Positions 8,362-17,944 are shown, counted from the first letter of the stretch. The stretch: DNA of 43,674 nucleotides from Eubacteriales bacterium (GCA_045590715.1 JAZNRO010000024.1:1-43674); one strand, 5' to 3'. Program-made: numbers and translations. Notes: generated by a model from the sequence alone, not told the origin.

Positions 8362-9579
8362 ATGAAACAAATGAAACGGGTCCTTTGTATTTTTCTTGCC
8401 CTCTTTTTGCTTTTTGGTGCCGTGTCTTGCGGTGAAAAAGAAAAGAAGACCGAAACGGCGGAAGAAACAAAAACCGGAGAGTCGGAAAAAAAGGACGAAG
8501 AATTTCTGAATCAATTCTTAAGTGATTACAAGGCTGGAAAATACGACGATAAGAAGTATTTTAACTATGAAGATCTTTCTCTTTATTTTGACCTGGCTTC
8601 ATACAAAGGGATCTCTTATCCCGAAGATCCCATGATCAGCGAAGAGATAACGGATCAAAACGTGGAAGACTATATTGCCCAGATCTTTTTGGCGTCCGAA
8701 GTCAGTGACGACGATTATACCACTCTGACGGAAGGCGTGATCCAGCGCTACGATATGCTGACTCTGGATTACAAAGGGGTCATTGACGGGAAAGAAGCGA
8801 AAAACGCTACCGCCGAAGGGCAGTCTCTTCTGATCGGAAGCGGTTCCTTTATCAAGGGCTTTGAAGAAGGACTTATCGGCAAAAAAGTGGGAGAAGAGAT
8901 CGTTTTAAATCTGAAATTCTCTCCTTACTATCAGTCCGACGAGGTAAAGGGAAAGGATATTACCTTCTACGTGACGGTACACAAGATCCAAAGACCTACG
9001 ATCCCGGAATACAAGGTAGACGTGATCAATAAGGCTTATTCTACCACCTTAAAGGATATGGATGAAGCGAGAAAATGGCTGAAGGACATGCTTACCACCC
9101 AGGCCAAAAACAGCGCTTATTCCTATCTTGCTTCTTACCTGCAGGATGATATTCTCTCCCGCAGCACGGTAAAAGAATATCCGAAGAAGGAAATGGAACA
9201 TTTCGTGACCCATTACAAGGATTATTACTCCCAGTACGTGGAAGACGATCAGACCCTGGAAGATTTCTGCCGGGATTCTCTTGGTATCAGCTACGATGAA
9301 TTCCTAAAGGCGGCAGAGGATTATGCAAAGCAAGAGGTAGGGGTCAAGCTGATGCTTTCTTCCATTGCGGAAAAAGAAAATATCACTTGTACAAAAGAGC
9401 AGATGAGCGCTCTCATCAAGGGCCTTTACCAGACGGAAAACGACGGCTATTACGGAAGTCTTGAGTCCATGGTAAAGGATTATATGAACATTTACGGCGC
9501 CGATTACTTTGAAAATCAGGTTGTGGCAAATGCCGTAATGGAAGTAGTTGTGGCAAACGCCGTAAAAGAGGGTGTATGA
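8362..9579 (+). CDS. Lipoprotein with a trigger-factor-like FKBP PPIase domain and C-terminal chaperone domain; the ribosome-binding N-domain is replaced by a signal peptide
   Basis: Signal peptide with lipobox-like AVSC|GEK. The segment TLDYKGVIDGKEAKNATAEGQSLLIGSGSFIKGFEEGLIGKKVGEE matches the Tig PPIase core. I saw no GFRxGxxP ribosome-binding motif. Confidence 0.75.
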   Translation: MKQMKRVLCIFLALFLLFGAVSCGEKEKKTETAEETKTGESEKKDEEFLNQFLSDYKAGKYDDKKYFNYEDLSLYFDLASYKGISYPEDPMISEEITDQNVEDYIAQIFLASEVSDDDYTTLTEGVIQRYDMLTLDYKGVIDGKEAKNATAEGQSLLIGSGSFIKGFEEGLIGKKVGEEIVLNLKFSPYYQSDEVKGKDITFYVTVHKIQRPTIPEYKVDVINKAYSTTLKDMDEARKWLKDMLTTQAKNSAYSYLASYLQDDILSRSTVKEYPKKEMEHFVTHYKDYYSQYVEDDQTLEDFCRDSLGISYDEFLKAAEDYAKQEVGVKLMLSSIAEKENITCTKEQMSALIKGLYQTENDGYYGSLESMVKDYMNIYGADYFENQVVANAVMEVVVANAVKEGV

Positions 9580-10670
9580 GGAATTTTAAAATCTCTCTTT
9601 GTTTTCTCTTTGTGCTTTCCTTCCTTTTTCTTTCGGCAGACAGTTTCTTTTTGCCGAAAAAGCAGGAATTAAAGCCCGTGGAAAAAGTCCCCTATGATTA
9701 CGATCTCTCTTCTTATATTTCTCTAGGGGATCTGGATCAGCTTACGGCAGAGTACGAAGATCCTACAGTCTGCACGGAAAAAGAGATCGACCAGGCGATT
9801 TTCCGCATTTTGCTGGAAAAGGCTACCTTTACGGAAAAAAGCGTGCCTGCCGCCAGATACTATAAAGTAAAGATTGATTTTTCTATTGAAAAGGACGGCC
9901 AGATCCTTCCAACCTATACCCAAACGGATTACGAACTCATTATCGGCTATTCGGAAGAAAATGAAATCGAATATCTTCTGGGAGAAAAGCTCATGGGCGC
10001 GGTGATCGGGGAAGTCAGAAGGGTAAATTACACTTACCCGGAAGAACTTTTGGGCTCCGTTCTTTCCGGTCAAGAGGTAACGCTCTGCGCTAAAGTAAAA
10101 GGGGTCTACCCTTATGAACTTCCCACTTTAAACAATCGCACGGTGGGAGAGGTGTTTTCCGGCGCTTTCCAGACGGTCGATGAACTGCGGGAGTCGGTAA
10201 AACAGGACATTTTAAAAGAAAAAGTTTTGGCCCGGGCCAAAGCGGTCTGGCTGGCTCTTTTGGATCAGGTGCGGGTGCGCTCTTATCCGGAAGAGGAGCT
10301 TTCCGATTACAAGACTTTGTATCGGAAAAACTATGAAGAGATGGCTGAAAAGTACTCTTTAACCCTTTCTCAATTTGTAGAAAATTATCTGGAAACGGAT
10401 ATGGAAGGCTTTTTAGCCGAAGGGGAAGAGGCTGCCCGGGAAAAAGTGAAGAACGATATGATCTTCATTCAGCTGGTGCGGACCCTTAAAGTGACCTTGA
10501 GCGAAGAAGAGTACGAAGCCGGCGCACAAAAATATTTTCTGGAAGAAGAAAATGAATTTAATTCCTTCGAGGAATTTGAAGAATACTATACCAAAGAAAA
10601 TTTAGAGCAGAATATTCTTTGGGATAAGGCCCTGGGACTTTTGATTGAAAAAGTTCAGGCAAAGAAATAA
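9576..10670 (+). CDS. Secreted or membrane-anchored trigger-factor-like paralogue (degenerate PPIase core)
   Basis: The ATGA overlap with the upstream gene suggests translational coupling. It has an N-terminal hydrophobic signal (...FLFLSA|DS). It is clearly paralogous to the next gene (YDYDLS.Y, VKNDM.FIQ, L.EEEYEAG.Q.YF, ILWDK). Confidence 0.65.
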   Translation: MRNFKISLCFLFVLSFLFLSADSFFLPKKQELKPVEKVPYDYDLSSYISLGDLDQLTAEYEDPTVCTEKEIDQAIFRILLEKATFTEKSVPAARYYKVKIDFSIEKDGQILPTYTQTDYELIIGYSEENEIEYLLGEKLMGAVIGEVRRVNYTYPEELLGSVLSGQEVTLCAKVKGVYPYELPTLNNRTVGEVFSGAFQTVDELRESVKQDILKEKVLARAKAVWLALLDQVRVRSYPEEELSDYKTLYRKNYEEMAEKYSLTLSQFVENYLETDMEGFLAEGEEAAREKVKNDMIFIQLVRTLKVTLSEEEYEAGAQKYFLEEENEFNSFEEFEEYYTKENLEQNILWDKALGLLIEKVQAKK

Positions 10671-10680
10671 AGAGGATAAT

Positions 10681-11751
10681 ATGAAAAAAAAGATCTTGGC
10701 GCTGCTTTTTTCCTTTGTAATGCTTTTTTCTCTTTTCTCCTGCGGGGAAAAGACGGTAAAGCGTTACGACTACGATCTTTCCCAGTACGTGGACGTAGGG
10801 CAGATCGATCCTATTCGCTGTAAATTCGTTTCTCCGGATGTTATTACCGAGGAGGACGTGGATCACGCGGTCTTTCAGATCATGCTGGGGTATTCTGCTT
10901 TTGAAGAAAAAGAAGGCCCGGCAGAACAGTACGATCGGGTGAAGGCAGAGTATCAGATCCTTTATGAAGGAGAGCCTATTGATGAATATTCAAGCAGTGA
11001 ATACTATATTCTCATCGGTTATGAATCCGGCGGGGATATTGACTGGCTTTTGGGCCAGGCACTGATCGGCAAAAACAAAGGGGAAACCGCTTCCATTACC
11101 TATACCTTCCCCGAGAGCGATGTATCTCTGGGCGTTTGGGCAGGAAGAACGGTAGAAGCTACCGCCAAGGTGCTTGCGGTCTATGATTCCCATCCTCCGG
11201 AATGTACCGATGAATTCGTACAGAATATCGGTTCTTTTTCCTTTGGTACGGTGCTGGATTTCCGCCAGCAGTTAAGAGAGGATATCCTGGATCAGCGGGA
11301 AGCCGACAAAAAAGAAGCGGTAAAGAACGCCTTTCTCAGCGGCGTTACCGTGAAAAAGTATCCGGAAGCGGAGCTTCAGGCTTACGTGACCCGGTTTTTG
11401 GAGGAGATCAAGGCTTCCGCAGAGGAAATGGATATGACCCTTTCGGAGTATGCCAAAGAATACTTTGATATGACCGAAAGCGACCTTTCCAAGGCGGCTA
11501 TGGAGGATGCCAAGGAAAGAGTGAAAAACGATCTTGCCTGTATTCAGACCTCCCGCCTTTTAAAAACCACTTTGACGAAAGAAGAGTATGAAGCGGGCCT
11601 TCAGCGTTATTTCGAGTCAGAGGGCGAAGGATTTGAAACCGTAGAAGATTTTGAAAAGTATTATACCCGTGATTTTATGTACGAAAGTATTCTTTGGGAC
11701 AAGACCTTTGAAACGTTAGTGGAAAAAGCTGAAAATATCACAGAAGAATAA
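10681..11751 (+). CDS. Lipoprotein, trigger-factor-like paralogue (degenerate PPIase core)
   Basis: Start at ATG 10681 (MKKKILALLF...SLFSC|GEK, lipobox-like). It aligns by eye along its whole length with the 9576-10670 product. Confidence 0.7.
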   Translation: MKKKILALLFSFVMLFSLFSCGEKTVKRYDYDLSQYVDVGQIDPIRCKFVSPDVITEEDVDHAVFQIMLGYSAFEEKEGPAEQYDRVKAEYQILYEGEPIDEYSSSEYYILIGYESGGDIDWLLGQALIGKNKGETASITYTFPESDVSLGVWAGRTVEATAKVLAVYDSHPPECTDEFVQNIGSFSFGTVLDFRQQLREDILDQREADKKEAVKNAFLSGVTVKKYPEAELQAYVTRFLEEIKASAEEMDMTLSEYAKEYFDMTESDLSKAAMEDAKERVKNDLACIQTSRLLKTTLTKEEYEAGLQRYFESEGEGFETVEDFEKYYTRDFMYESILWDKTFETLVEKAENITEE

Positions 11752-11787
11752 AAAAAGGAACGATGCATTGCATCGTTCCTTTTTTTA
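11751..11787. terminator. Bidirectional terminator between the tig-like operon and the LysR gene
   Basis: Stem GGAACGATGCA / TGCATCGTTCC (11757-11779), flanked by A6 and T7. Confidence 0.7.
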
Positions 11788-11790
11788 TCT

Positions 11791-12666
11791 TTACAGTTTT
11801 TCCCGGCAGAGGGAGATGAAGTTTTCCGTGGCTTTGGAGTGGAAACTGTTTCGCATGGTGACAATGGCGCGCTTGGTGGTCAGCGCATCGCTTTCCAGAA
11901 GCTTGTAGTCCAGTTTTTTCTGGCAGTAGGACAGACTGTTTTCGGGAACGATGGCAATGCCAAGTCCCGCCTCCGCCCATTTCAGATTCAAGGTAAGCTG
12001 TTTGTTTCTGGCGCGGATATTGGGGTGGAACAGTTCCTTGTCGCAAGCGGCGCGGAACATATCTTCGTATCGCTTGATGATGAGAAGGGGTTTTTCTTCC
12101 AGTTTTTTCAAGGAAATGGTTTTTTCCTCGGTATCAAAGGAAAAGACGTCCGGGTCGTAAGCGCAAACAAGCCTCTCGTCACTGATATAGAATACGTCCA
12201 TATCCGGGCTGATGGGGCAGGGGGTACTTACTACGCCGATCTCTGCTACGCCGTCTTCCAGCATACGCAGGATATCCTCCGACTCTTTTTCCATAATTTC
12301 ATAGGTGATCTTGGGGTAGTTTTTGGAAAAGAGGGGAATGATCTCCTGGAGCAGGTTGATCTCGCCGGATTGGATGGTGGCAATTTTCAGGCATCCGATA
12401 TCGCCTTCTCTGGCGTCGGAAATTTCACCTACCATAGCATTTTCCAGCAAAATGATGCTTTTTGCCCGGTCGTAAAAGACTTTGCCTGCGTGGGTCAGTC
12501 TTTGGTGACGGGAGTTTCTTTCAATGAGGGTAACGTCCAGTTCCTTCTCCAGGGCTTTTAACTGATTGGAGAGGGCGGGTTGGGCGATAAAGAGTTTTTT
12601 GGAGGCGGCTGTCAGAGAGCCGGAGTCCACGATTTCCACAAAATTGCGCAAAACTTTAATGTCCAT
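11791..12666 (-). CDS. LysR-family transcriptional regulator
   Basis: N-terminal wHTH (LRNFVEIVDSGSLTAASKKLFIAQPALSNQLKALEKELDVTLIERNSR) plus a substrate-binding-type C-domain. 291 aa. Confidence 0.9.
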   Translation of the reverse strand: MDIKVLRNFVEIVDSGSLTAASKKLFIAQPALSNQLKALEKELDVTLIERNSRHQRLTHAGKVFYDRAKSIILLENAMVGEISDAREGDIGCLKIATIQSGEINLLQEIIPLFSKNYPKITYEIMEKESEDILRMLEDGVAEIGVVSTPCPISPDMDVFYISDERLVCAYDPDVFSFDTEEKTISLKKLEEKPLLIIKRYEDMFRAACDKELFHPNIRARNKQLTLNLKWAEAGLGIAIVPENSLSYCQKKLDYKLLESDALTTKRAIVTMRNSFHSKATENFISLCREKL

Positions 12667-12738
12667 ACAAGTTCACCTATTCTAAAGCATTATAAAAAAC
12701 GAAAGATCAAAAACTTTTTGTGATAGATCCAGTATAAG

Positions 12739-12776
12739 GCCAAAACCCGATCATTTCAAGGGTTTTGGCTTTTTTT
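12739..12776 (+). terminator. Orphan plus-strand hairpin terminator upstream of the phage-like operon
   Basis: 10-bp stem GCCAAAACCC / GGGTTTTGGC (12739-12748 and 12760-12769) followed by T7. No plus-strand gene lies upstream of it. Confidence 0.6.
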
Positions 12777-12822
12777 CTTGATTTTTTCTGAAAAAAGAAA
12801 CGAGAAAGAAGAAAAGATGTCA

Positions 12823-12852
12823 TTGCGTGTCAGTAAGGCTGTCGGGTATGAT
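12823..12852 (+). promoter_or_regulatory. Candidate sigma-A-type promoter of the phage-like operon
   Basis: TTGCGT (12823-12828), 18-nt spacer, TATGAT (12847-12852), 30 nt upstream of ATG 12882. The match is weak to moderate. Confidence 0.35.
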
Positions 12853-12881
12853 GCAGGCAAAGAAAACAACAAGGAGGCAAT

Positions 12882-14444
12882 ATGAACGAAAATCAAAAGA
12901 TTCTCACAGAGGATTTCAGACTTTTGGAACAGGGAAGAGCGTATAACCGAAAGATTTCTCTCTACGACACGGTAAATCGCAACGAAAGATTTTATCGGGG
13001 CGATCAGTGGCACGGAGTGGAAAAAGGCGATCTGCCCACACCGGTCTTTAATCTTTTCAAACGAGTGATCAATTACTTTGTATCCACCATTATGAGCCAG
13101 AAAATGTCTTTGCACTTTTCTGCAGAAGGTCTAAGCGGCCTTTTTGATCGGGAAAAGCGAAACCAGGTGGAAGAAGCTTGCAGACTTTTGACCCGTCACG
13201 CAAATTACCGTTTCGACCGGGATAAGATGGATCATCTTCTGACCAAGGGGCTATTGGATGCAGCGGTAACGGGAGATCTCTTTTTCTACGTTTACTGGGA
13301 TCCCAATAAAAGGACTTCCCAAGGCTTCTCCGGTGATTTTGTAACCACTTTGGTAGATAGCACCCAGGTCTTTTTCGGTGACGTAAATACGCCGGAAGTA
13401 GAAGAACAGCCCTATATTCTTTTAACCGGTAGAGAGCTTGTGGAAAACCTTCGAAAGGAAGCCATGGCAAACGGCGCTTCGGAAGAAGAGGTGAAAAAGA
13501 TCGTGGCGGATTCCGATACTGCGGAGCAGAGCGGGGATCTGGGCAAGGAAGAACTGGAAGGCACCAAGGCAAGCTTTGTGATCTGTCTTTATAAAAAGGA
13601 CGGAACGGTGCGTTTCCGTAAAAGCACCCGAAATCTTGTGGTGTCCCCGGAAAAAGATACGGGTCTGACCCTTTACCCGGTGGTACTGATGAACTGGGAG
13701 CAGGTGAAAAACAGTTATCACGGCCAGGCGGCGGCCACCAATCTTGTGGACAACCAGATCTACATCAACAAGGCCTTTGCCATGGTGATGAAGCATATGA
13801 TGGACGTATCCTTCTCCAAGGTCATGTACAACGCAAATCTCATTGACGAGTGGACCGGAGAGATCGGTGAGGCCATTGCAGTAAACGGTCCGGTAGAGCA
13901 GGCGGCTTACCGCATTGATCCCGGCAGTATGCAGGGTGGATTTCTGGACGTGATCAATATGACCATGGGCATTACAAAAGAGCTGATGGGCGCAACGGAC
14001 GCGGCGCTGGGTAACGTTCAGCCGGATAACACTTCGGCGATCATTGCCCTGCAGCAAAGCGCGGCGGTACCTTTGGAACTGCAGAAGAGAGCCCTTTACG
14101 GGGCAGTGGAACGGCTTGGTATGATCTGGCTTGATTTTATCCTTCATTACTATGATTCTGCCAGAGTAATGCTGTTCAGAGAAAAAGGAGAGCTGTTCGG
14201 CGGGACCTTGGATCTGGAGGAAATGAAGAATATTCTTTTTTCCTGCAACATCCAGGCCGGCGCTTCCAGTCACTGGAGTGAGATCGCGCAGATCACTACC
14301 CTGGATCGGCTTCTCACGGCTGGCGTTATTACTTTCTCCCAGTACTTAGAACGCCTTCCCGACGGCTATATTGCAAAGAGGGAAGAACTTTTGGAGGAAA
14401 CCAGAGAGAAAGAAGATCAAATGGATTTTCCGGCAGATGCCTGA
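12882..14444 (+). CDS. Phage portal protein-like
   Basis: 520 aa, sitting immediately upstream of scaffold-like and capsid genes. The N-terminal region (YDTVNRNERFYRGDQWHG...LPTPVFNLFKRVINYFVS) resembles portal-family N-termini as I recall them. RBS is AAGGAGG. Confidence 0.75.
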   Translation: MNENQKILTEDFRLLEQGRAYNRKISLYDTVNRNERFYRGDQWHGVEKGDLPTPVFNLFKRVINYFVSTIMSQKMSLHFSAEGLSGLFDREKRNQVEEACRLLTRHANYRFDRDKMDHLLTKGLLDAAVTGDLFFYVYWDPNKRTSQGFSGDFVTTLVDSTQVFFGDVNTPEVEEQPYILLTGRELVENLRKEAMANGASEEEVKKIVADSDTAEQSGDLGKEELEGTKASFVICLYKKDGTVRFRKSTRNLVVSPEKDTGLTLYPVVLMNWEQVKNSYHGQAAATNLVDNQIYINKAFAMVMKHMMDVSFSKVMYNANLIDEWTGEIGEAIAVNGPVEQAAYRIDPGSMQGGFLDVINMTMGITKELMGATDAALGNVQPDNTSAIIALQQSAAVPLELQKRALYGAVERLGMIWLDFILHYYDSARVMLFREKGELFGGTLDLEEMKNILFSCNIQAGASSHWSEIAQITTLDRLLTAGVITFSQYLERLPDGYIAKREELLEETREKEDQMDFPADA

Positions 14445-14472
14445 AAATAAAACAAATAAAAGGAGGTAAAAA

Positions 14473-14931
14473 ATGAAAAAGAAGAAAGCAAAAGAAAATC
14501 CGATTCCCGAAGCAGAACTTCTGGCGCTGATGACGGCCCAGGAAGAAGCATTGGAGGAGGAATCGGACCAGGTGGAAGAAGCGGAAGAAGAATCCCTTTC
14601 TCCCGAAGCGAAAATGCAGGCGGATATCACACTTTTCCACAGTCTGTTTCCTGACGTGAAGGCGCAGGACATTCCCAAAGAAGTCTGGGACAGCGTGGAA
14701 GAGGGCGAGAGTCTTGCGGCAAGTTACAGTCTGTATGCGGTGAAGACATTCCGAGAAGAGGAAAGAATTCGCAAAGTAAACGAGGAAAACGACAAGAAAG
14801 CCGCTCCTCGCGTACAGTCTGACCCCGGCGGAGAAGAATACTTCTCTCCCGAAGCGGTAAAACAAATGACCCGGGCGGAGATCCGGAAAAACTACAACAA
14901 AATTTTAACTTCCATGGAAAAATGGAACTGA
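14473..14931 (+). CDS. Putative scaffolding protein
   Basis: 152 aa, highly acidic with helical-looking composition. The call rests on its position between the portal and capsid genes. I recognised no family. Confidence 0.45.
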   Translation: MKKKKAKENPIPEAELLALMTAQEEALEEESDQVEEAEEESLSPEAKMQADITLFHSLFPDVKAQDIPKEVWDSVEEGESLAASYSLYAVKTFREEERIRKVNEENDKKAAPRVQSDPGGEEYFSPEAVKQMTRAEIRKNYNKILTSMEKWN

Positions 14932-14949
14932 AAGAAAGGATGAAAAAAT

Positions 14950-15789
14950 ATGTCAATTCAACATTTTATTCCCACTCTTTGGAGTGAAACTCTTTATTCC
15001 GAACTGGAAAAAGACTACGTAGGCGTACGTCTTTGTAACCGCGAATTCGAAGGCGAGATCCGCGGTGAAGGCGATCGCGTAAAGATCTGCGGCATTGATA
15101 ACGTTTCTGTTTTTAATTATCACAGAGACGAGGATATGCCTTCTGCCGAAGTACTTAGCGCAAAGGAAAGAACCCTGATCATCGATCAGGCGAAAGGCTT
15201 TAATTTCTGCCTGGATTCCGTAGACGCCGCCCAGGCAAAAAAAGGCGTGATGCAGCAGGCAATGAAGCAGGCTTCCAACGCTTTGGCGGACGTAGCGGAC
15301 AGATTCGTTTATAGCCTTTACGATTCCAGCGTTGCTACCGTTGAGTACGAAAACGTGTCCAGCGCAACGATCCTTCCCGTTATTGCAGAGGCAAGAAAAA
15401 TTCTGATGCAGAACAACGTTCCCAGTTCTGCTAAACTTTCTCTGGAGGTTTCTCCTGCCATTGAAGAAAAACTGCTTCTTGCCAACGTTCTTCGCGCTAC
15501 CGATAATACTGCGGCGCTGGGCAACGGGTATCTTGGCTCTGTGATGGGCTTTGATATTTACGTGAGCAACAATCTCCACTATGACGTTGAGAACGATATG
15601 TACCGTTGTGTTGCAAGAACCGGCAGAGCCATTGCTTTTGCCGAACAGCTTTCCGAAGTGAAGGCGTATGAGCCCGAGCTTCGTCACGGCGATGCGGTAA
15701 AGGGTCTGCACCTTTACGGCGCAAAGATCATTTACCCCAAGGAAATGGTATATCTGAATCTGAGCCCTGCTTTGCAGGAAACCCTTTAA
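14950..15789 (+). CDS. Major capsid protein, P22-coat-like (HK97-fold) family
   Basis: 279 aa. The N-terminus HFIPTLWSETLYSELEKDYVGVRLCNREFEGEIRGEGDRVKI matches the characteristic FIPE.WS...N.dYEGEI...GDtVKI pattern of P22-coat-type capsid proteins (from memory). Confidence 0.72.
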   Translation: MSIQHFIPTLWSETLYSELEKDYVGVRLCNREFEGEIRGEGDRVKICGIDNVSVFNYHRDEDMPSAEVLSAKERTLIIDQAKGFNFCLDSVDAAQAKKGVMQQAMKQASNALADVADRFVYSLYDSSVATVEYENVSSATILPVIAEARKILMQNNVPSSAKLSLEVSPAIEEKLLLANVLRATDNTAALGNGYLGSVMGFDIYVSNNLHYDVENDMYRCVARTGRAIAFAEQLSEVKAYEPELRHGDAVKGLHLYGAKIIYPKEMVYLNLSPALQETL

Positions 15790-15819
15790 TTTTTTTCAAT
15801 AAGGAAGGGAGATGCCGAC

Positions 15820-16203
15820 GTGAAGACAGGCAATGAAATTTTCAAAAGAAGTCTTTCCTTAATGGGTGAAACCTTGCAGGAAGACAGCGAAAGTCTAAAA
15901 GAGAAGTCGGTGGAACTGATCAATCTGATCTTATCCCAACTTTATGAACTGGAGCTCTCCCTTCGGGGAGAGCGAAGGGATGAGGCAGAAAGCGTTCCCC
16001 AGATCACGTCTCTTTCCGACACCATCGGTTTTTCCGAACCGATCCTTTTCACCTTGATGCCTTTGGCGCTTGCCGGATATCTCTTAAACGAAGAGGAACC
16101 GGATCGAAGCAGTTTCTATTTGAGCCTTTATCATACGGAAAGAGAACTTGTGCGGGCCCGGTGTAAAAGAAGCCGTAGGCACAAAATTTCCCGCAGTTTT
16201 TAA
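15820..16203 (+). CDS. Hypothetical protein; positional analogue of a head-completion/adaptor protein (P22 gp4-like position)
   Basis: GTG start preceded by GGAAGGGAG. 127 aa and helical. The functional call rests on synteny only. Confidence 0.35.
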   Translation: MKTGNEIFKRSLSLMGETLQEDSESLKEKSVELINLILSQLYELELSLRGERRDEAESVPQITSLSDTIGFSEPILFTLMPLALAGYLLNEEEPDRSSFYLSLYHTERELVRARCKRSRRHKISRSF

Positions 16204-16212
16204 GGAGGCGTT

Positions 16213-17928
16213 ATGGCAAGAGATTTTACACTGGATATTACCCGTTTTCTGGGAATCGATAATTCTTCCGAGCATCCCGAAAGTCTTTCGGACGGGGTAA
16301 GTCCCGATATGGTGAATCTGCAGGTGACTCCGGATTACCATTTGAAGCGTAGAGACGGCTTTTATTCCGTTTCCACAAAAACGAAACCGATTCGCGGAAT
16401 CTATTACGTTGTGATGGGGGAAGAAAATCGGTATCTTGCTGTGGCGGGGGACACGCTGTATCATTCCGCTCAAGGCTTTTTGGCTCTTACCCCCGTGGAA
16501 GGGGTAGTTCCGGGAACGGGAAACGTTACGTTTTTCCATTTTTACTCAAAGGTCTATCTTTTGACCGGAGATGGAATTTTGGAATATGACGGAGAAAACC
16601 TCCGGGTTCCCCAGCCCTATATTCCTACCCTGATGATCTCGACCAATGCAGATGGAAGCGGTGTGGTTTACGAAGAAGTAAATCTTCTGACCAGAAAAGT
16701 AAAACAGCTTTTTTCCGGAGATGATCGGTCTTGCCGTTTTGTTCCCATTACCACTGATATCAAAAAGGTGGATTATGTGAAGGTGGACGGTGTGGAAATG
16801 GAGCCGAATACTTACATCTGGGATGATGGAGATCTGGTTTTCATTCTTGGCGCAGCTCCCAGAAAAGGCGTTGATAATATTGAGATCCAATATGAGCTGG
16901 AAGGGGAGGATCTGTCCCCCGTAATTTTAAAAAGCCGATTTGCTACCGCTTTCGGCGGTGCCAGCGATACCAGAGCTTTTCTTTACGGAAATGCAGAAAA
17001 TCCTGCTGTTCGGTATCATAGCGGTATTGTGGACGGAAAACCGGAGTTCACCTATTTCCCTGAAACCGCGGTTTCTCTGGTTGGTAACGGAGACCCTATT
17101 ACCTCTATCCTTTGTCATTATGACAGACAACTGATCTTTACTACTTCTGCGGCATATTATTCTTATTTGGAGTATATGACCGGTACAGATGGAAAACTGG
17201 TGACGGCTTTTCCGGTATTTCCGTTGAATGATGAAAGAGGTAACTGCCCTTCGGGACAGGCAGTTTTAATCGAAAATACGCCCTACACCTTAACGGAAAA
17301 CGGTTTGTTTCAATGGATTTCCACAAACATACGGGACGAACGAAATGCAAAATCGATTTCTGAACCCATCGATCGGTCTTTGCGAAACGAAAAAACCGAT
17401 GAGGCAGTTCTTTTCAATCGCAAAGATACGCAGGAATTGTACGTTTGCATCGGCAGTCACTGCTATGTTTATAATTACCGTTTGAAACTGTTTTACTATT
17501 ATGATCTGAACGGCTTTCAGCCCCGGGGATTTGTGCAAGGGGAAAAGGATCTGTTTTTCTTTGCGGGAAATTCCATTTTCAAAATGGCCGGAAATACCGA
17601 TGAAGCGTGGCCCATTTTTACCCGCTGGCGGTCCCGCTTTTTTGATTTTTCCAAAGCCGGTTTGCAGAAGAAACTCTTTGGTATGACACTGTATTTGAAA
17701 GCGGAAGAAGGGGAAGATTTTCGGATCGGGATCCGGGAGGATCACGAAGAAATGTCGGCCAAGAAAATTCTTTCCGTTTTGCCCGCCAAAGACAGTGCGA
17801 AAAAAAGGGTTTTTATGAAAAAGCGGCGTTTTCGTCTTTTGGAAGTGGAGATCGAAACAGACGGTAGGAAGCCATTCTCCCTTTTGGGTCTTTCTCTGAA
17901 GGGAAGGATCACAGATCGGGAAGATTAA
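16213..17928 (+). CDS. Hypothetical beta-rich protein; positional analogue of a podovirus tail hub/nozzle (P22 gp10-like position)
   Basis: 571 aa with an AAGGAGG RBS. Repeated short hydrophobic/aromatic-Gly strands (LYHSAQG, VYLLTGDG, LIFTTSAAYY, LYVCIGSHCYVY, LFFFAGNSIF) suggest a beta-propeller or beta-sandwich. I recognised no family. Confidence 0.35.
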   Translation: MARDFTLDITRFLGIDNSSEHPESLSDGVSPDMVNLQVTPDYHLKRRDGFYSVSTKTKPIRGIYYVVMGEENRYLAVAGDTLYHSAQGFLALTPVEGVVPGTGNVTFFHFYSKVYLLTGDGILEYDGENLRVPQPYIPTLMISTNADGSGVVYEEVNLLTRKVKQLFSGDDRSCRFVPITTDIKKVDYVKVDGVEMEPNTYIWDDGDLVFILGAAPRKGVDNIEIQYELEGEDLSPVILKSRFATAFGGASDTRAFLYGNAENPAVRYHSGIVDGKPEFTYFPETAVSLVGNGDPITSILCHYDRQLIFTTSAAYYSYLEYMTGTDGKLVTAFPVFPLNDERGNCPSGQAVLIENTPYTLTENGLFQWISTNIRDERNAKSISEPIDRSLRNEKTDEAVLFNRKDTQELYVCIGSHCYVYNYRLKLFYYYDLNGFQPRGFVQGEKDLFFFAGNSIFKMAGNTDEAWPIFTRWRSRFFDFSKAGLQKKLFGMTLYLKAEEGEDFRIGIREDHEEMSAKKILSVLPAKDSAKKRVFMKKRRFRLLEVEIETDGRKPFSLLGLSLKGRITDRED

Positions 17929-17944
17929 AGAAAAGGAGTGTATT

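Noticed and set aside
11839-12561. 240-aa plus-strand ORF opposite the LysR gene. Similar antisense ORFs lie at 572-1213, 6838-7509, 19117-20016, 24330-25118 and 27187-27921.
   Set aside because: All overlap confidently assigned genes on the other strand and lack start-site signals. They are treated as shadow frames.
13422-15711. Minus-strand ORFs 13422-14273 and 14953-15711, plus several smaller ones, inside the phage-like operon.
   Set aside because: They are antisense to ORFs that have strong SD sites and tight operon spacing. Their translations are His/Arg/Cys-rich and featureless.
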